The notes under the pieces are model-generated. The model searched no databases. It worked only from the letters and a program-made list of their open reading frames with translations, and was not told the DNA's origin. A program made the translations under genes and the position numbers. A stretch of 61,595 nucleotides of DNA, the filler included, from Callorhinchus milii (lineage: Eukaryota): the NCBI RefSeq assembly GCF_018977255.1. It is 3 parts of 3 records of this genome, joined end to end, with 100 filler letters (N's around TTAATTAATTAA, not from the genome) between each part and the next. Parts side by side here need not be neighbours in the genome. Positions count along the whole stretch, not along the records: positions 33,394 to 61,595 come from NW_024705675.1; 2 more parts are not named here. One strand, given 5' to 3'. Shown piece by piece: positions 59,701 to 61,595 of this stretch; the stretch's first letter is position 1, and each line of letters opens with the position of its first letter.

Positions 59701-61595
59701 CCGCCCCGCGGCTCAATACGGTCACTGCAGCCGCTGTATTGAAGCGCAGCAACAGCGCCGCCCGGCGGCTTAATATCTTCAATGCAGCCGCGATCGTGAA
59801 GCGCAGCAACAGCGTCGCCCGGTGGTCGAATACCGTCACTGCAGACACTTTAGTGAAGCGCTGCAACAGCGCCGACAGGCGGCTCGTTACCGTCATTGCA
59901 GCCGCTAATGTGAAGCGCAGCAACAGCGCCGCCCGGCGACTCAATAACGTTATTTCTGACTCGATAGTGAAGAGCAGCAACAGCGCCGCCCGGTGGTTCA
60001 ATATCCTCACTGCAGCCGCGATCATGAAGCGCAGCAGCAGCGCCGCCCGGTGATTAAATACTGTTACTGCAGTCAATTGAGTGAAGCGCTACAACTGCGC
60101 CACCAGGCAGCTAGATACCGTCATTGCAGTGGCTAAAGTGAAGCGAAGCAACAGCGCCGCCACGCGGCTCAATACGGTCACTGCAGCCGCTATAATGTAG
60201 CGCTGCGACAACAGCGCCGCCCTGTGGCTCAATACTGTCACTGCAGCCGCTGTATTGAAGCGCAGCAACAGCGCCGCCCCGTGGCTCAATACGGTCACTG
60301 CAGCCTCTATAATGTAGAGCTGCGACAACTTAGCCGCCTGGTGGCTCAATACCGTCACTGCAGCCGCTATAGTGAAGCGCTGCAATAGCGCCGCCTGCTG
60401 GCTCAATACCGTCACTGCAGACGCTATAGTGAAGCGCAGCAACATCGCCGCCCGGTGGTTCAGTACCGTCACTGCAGTCAATTAAGTGAAGCGAAGCAAC
60501 AGCGCCGCCCCGCGTCTCAATACGGTCACTGCAGCCTCTATAATGTAGCACTGCGTCAACAGCCCCGCCCGGTGGCTCAATACCGTCACTGCAGACGCGA
60601 TAGTGAAGCGCGGCAACAGCGTCGCCCGGTGCCTCAATACTGTCACTCAGCCACAATAATGTAGCGCAGCATCAGCGCCGCCCGGTGATTGAATACCGTC
60701 ACTGCTGCCACTTTAGTGAAGCGCTGCAACAGCGCCGCCCGGCGACTAAATACCGTCATTTCAGACGCGATAGTGAAGCGCAGCAACAGCGCCGCCCGGT
60801 GGCTCAATACCGTCACTGCAGCCGCTAGAATGTAGCGTTGCAACAGCGCCCCTAGGCGGCTCGATAACGTCATTGCAGCCGCTAAAGTGAAGCGCAGCAA
60901 CAGCGCCGTCCGGCGGCTCAATACCGTCACCGCCGACCCGATAGTGAAGCGCAGCAATAGCGCCGCCCGGTGGCTCAATACCGTTACTGCAGCCGCTATA
61001 ATGTTGGGCTGCAACAACAGCGCCGACCGGTGGTTCAATAACGACACTGCAGACGCGATAGTGAAGCGCAGCAGCAGCGCCGCCCGGTGGCTCAATACCG
61101 TCACTGCTGCGGCGATAGTGAAGCGCAGGATCATCGCGCCCGGTGGCTGAATACCGTCACTGCAGCCGCTATATTGTAGCGCTGCAACAGCAGCGCCGAC
61201 CATTGGCCAAATACCGTCATTGCAGACGCGATAGTGAAGCGCAGCAACAACGCCGCCCGGTGGCTCAATACCGTCACTGCAGCCGCTATAATGTAGCGAA
61301 GCATCCGCGCCGCACGTTGGTTGAATACCGTCATTGCAGCCACTTTAGTGAAGCGCTGCAACAGCCCCGACAGGCGGCTCAATACCGTCATTGCAGACGC
61401 GATCGTGATGCGCAGCAACAGCGCGGCCCGGTGGCTCAATACCGTCACAGCAGCAGCTATAATGTAGCGTTGCAACAGCGCCGCTAGGCGGCTGGTTACC
61501 GTCAATACAGCCACTAAATTGAAGCGCAGCAACAGCGCCGCCCGACGGCTCAATATTGTCACTGCATCCGCTGTATTGAAGCGCAGCAACAGCGC
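41719..61595 (+). repeat. About 20-kb GC-rich satellite array, 57-61 bp monomer, with higher-order repeats
   Basis: Consensus AGCGCAGCAACAGCGCCGCCCGGTGGCTCAATACCGTCACTGCAGCCGCTATAGTGA (57 bp, 36/57 GC); continues to the window end; all-frame 19-aa periodic ORFs. Confidence 0.97.

Noticed and set aside
41719-61595. Long ORFs (up to 529 aa) such as AAAVTVLSHRAALLLRFTI and KRSNSAARWLNTVT repeats
   Set aside because: The 57-bp monomer is a multiple of 3 and stop-poor, so periodic ORFs appear in every frame on both strands and break at random; there is no domain signature.
41719-61595. CRISPR-like array
   Set aside because: There are no unique spacers, the monomers are contiguous and degenerate, the context is eukaryotic and no cas genes are present.

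Overview
This is vertebrate antigen-receptor DNA, almost certainly a cartilaginous-fish T-cell receptor alpha/delta region. The species is an inference: the SINE/LINE types, the TTAATTAATTAA gap linkers and the VH-like single-domain cassette suggest a holocephalan such as Callorhinchus milii. (1) 0.2-28.7 kb: 11 TCR alpha/delta-type V segments in five families, each with a 23-bp-spacer RSS. Six are on + and five on -, converging at about 15 kb, and the A-B-C triplet is mirrored. At least V2, V4 and V8 are pseudogenes, and V3 has lost its second Cys. (2) 29-34 kb: a belt of micro/minisatellites. (3) 36.4-38.6 kb: a compact IgH-like L-V-D-D-D-J cassette. Its V and J lack the VH/VL interface residues and the V has an extra Cys, i.e. 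NAR-TCR-like. Its third D has a reversed 23/12 RSS layout and sits between two 402-bp copies of an RSS-to-RSS unit. (4) 41.7 kb to the window end: about 20 kb of GC/CpG-rich 57-61 bp satellite with higher-order repeats, each unit carrying a CTCF-like motif and WGCW motifs. The many long ORFs in the satellites are artefacts of periodicity. No constant-region exon or supporting V-delta is visible in the window.
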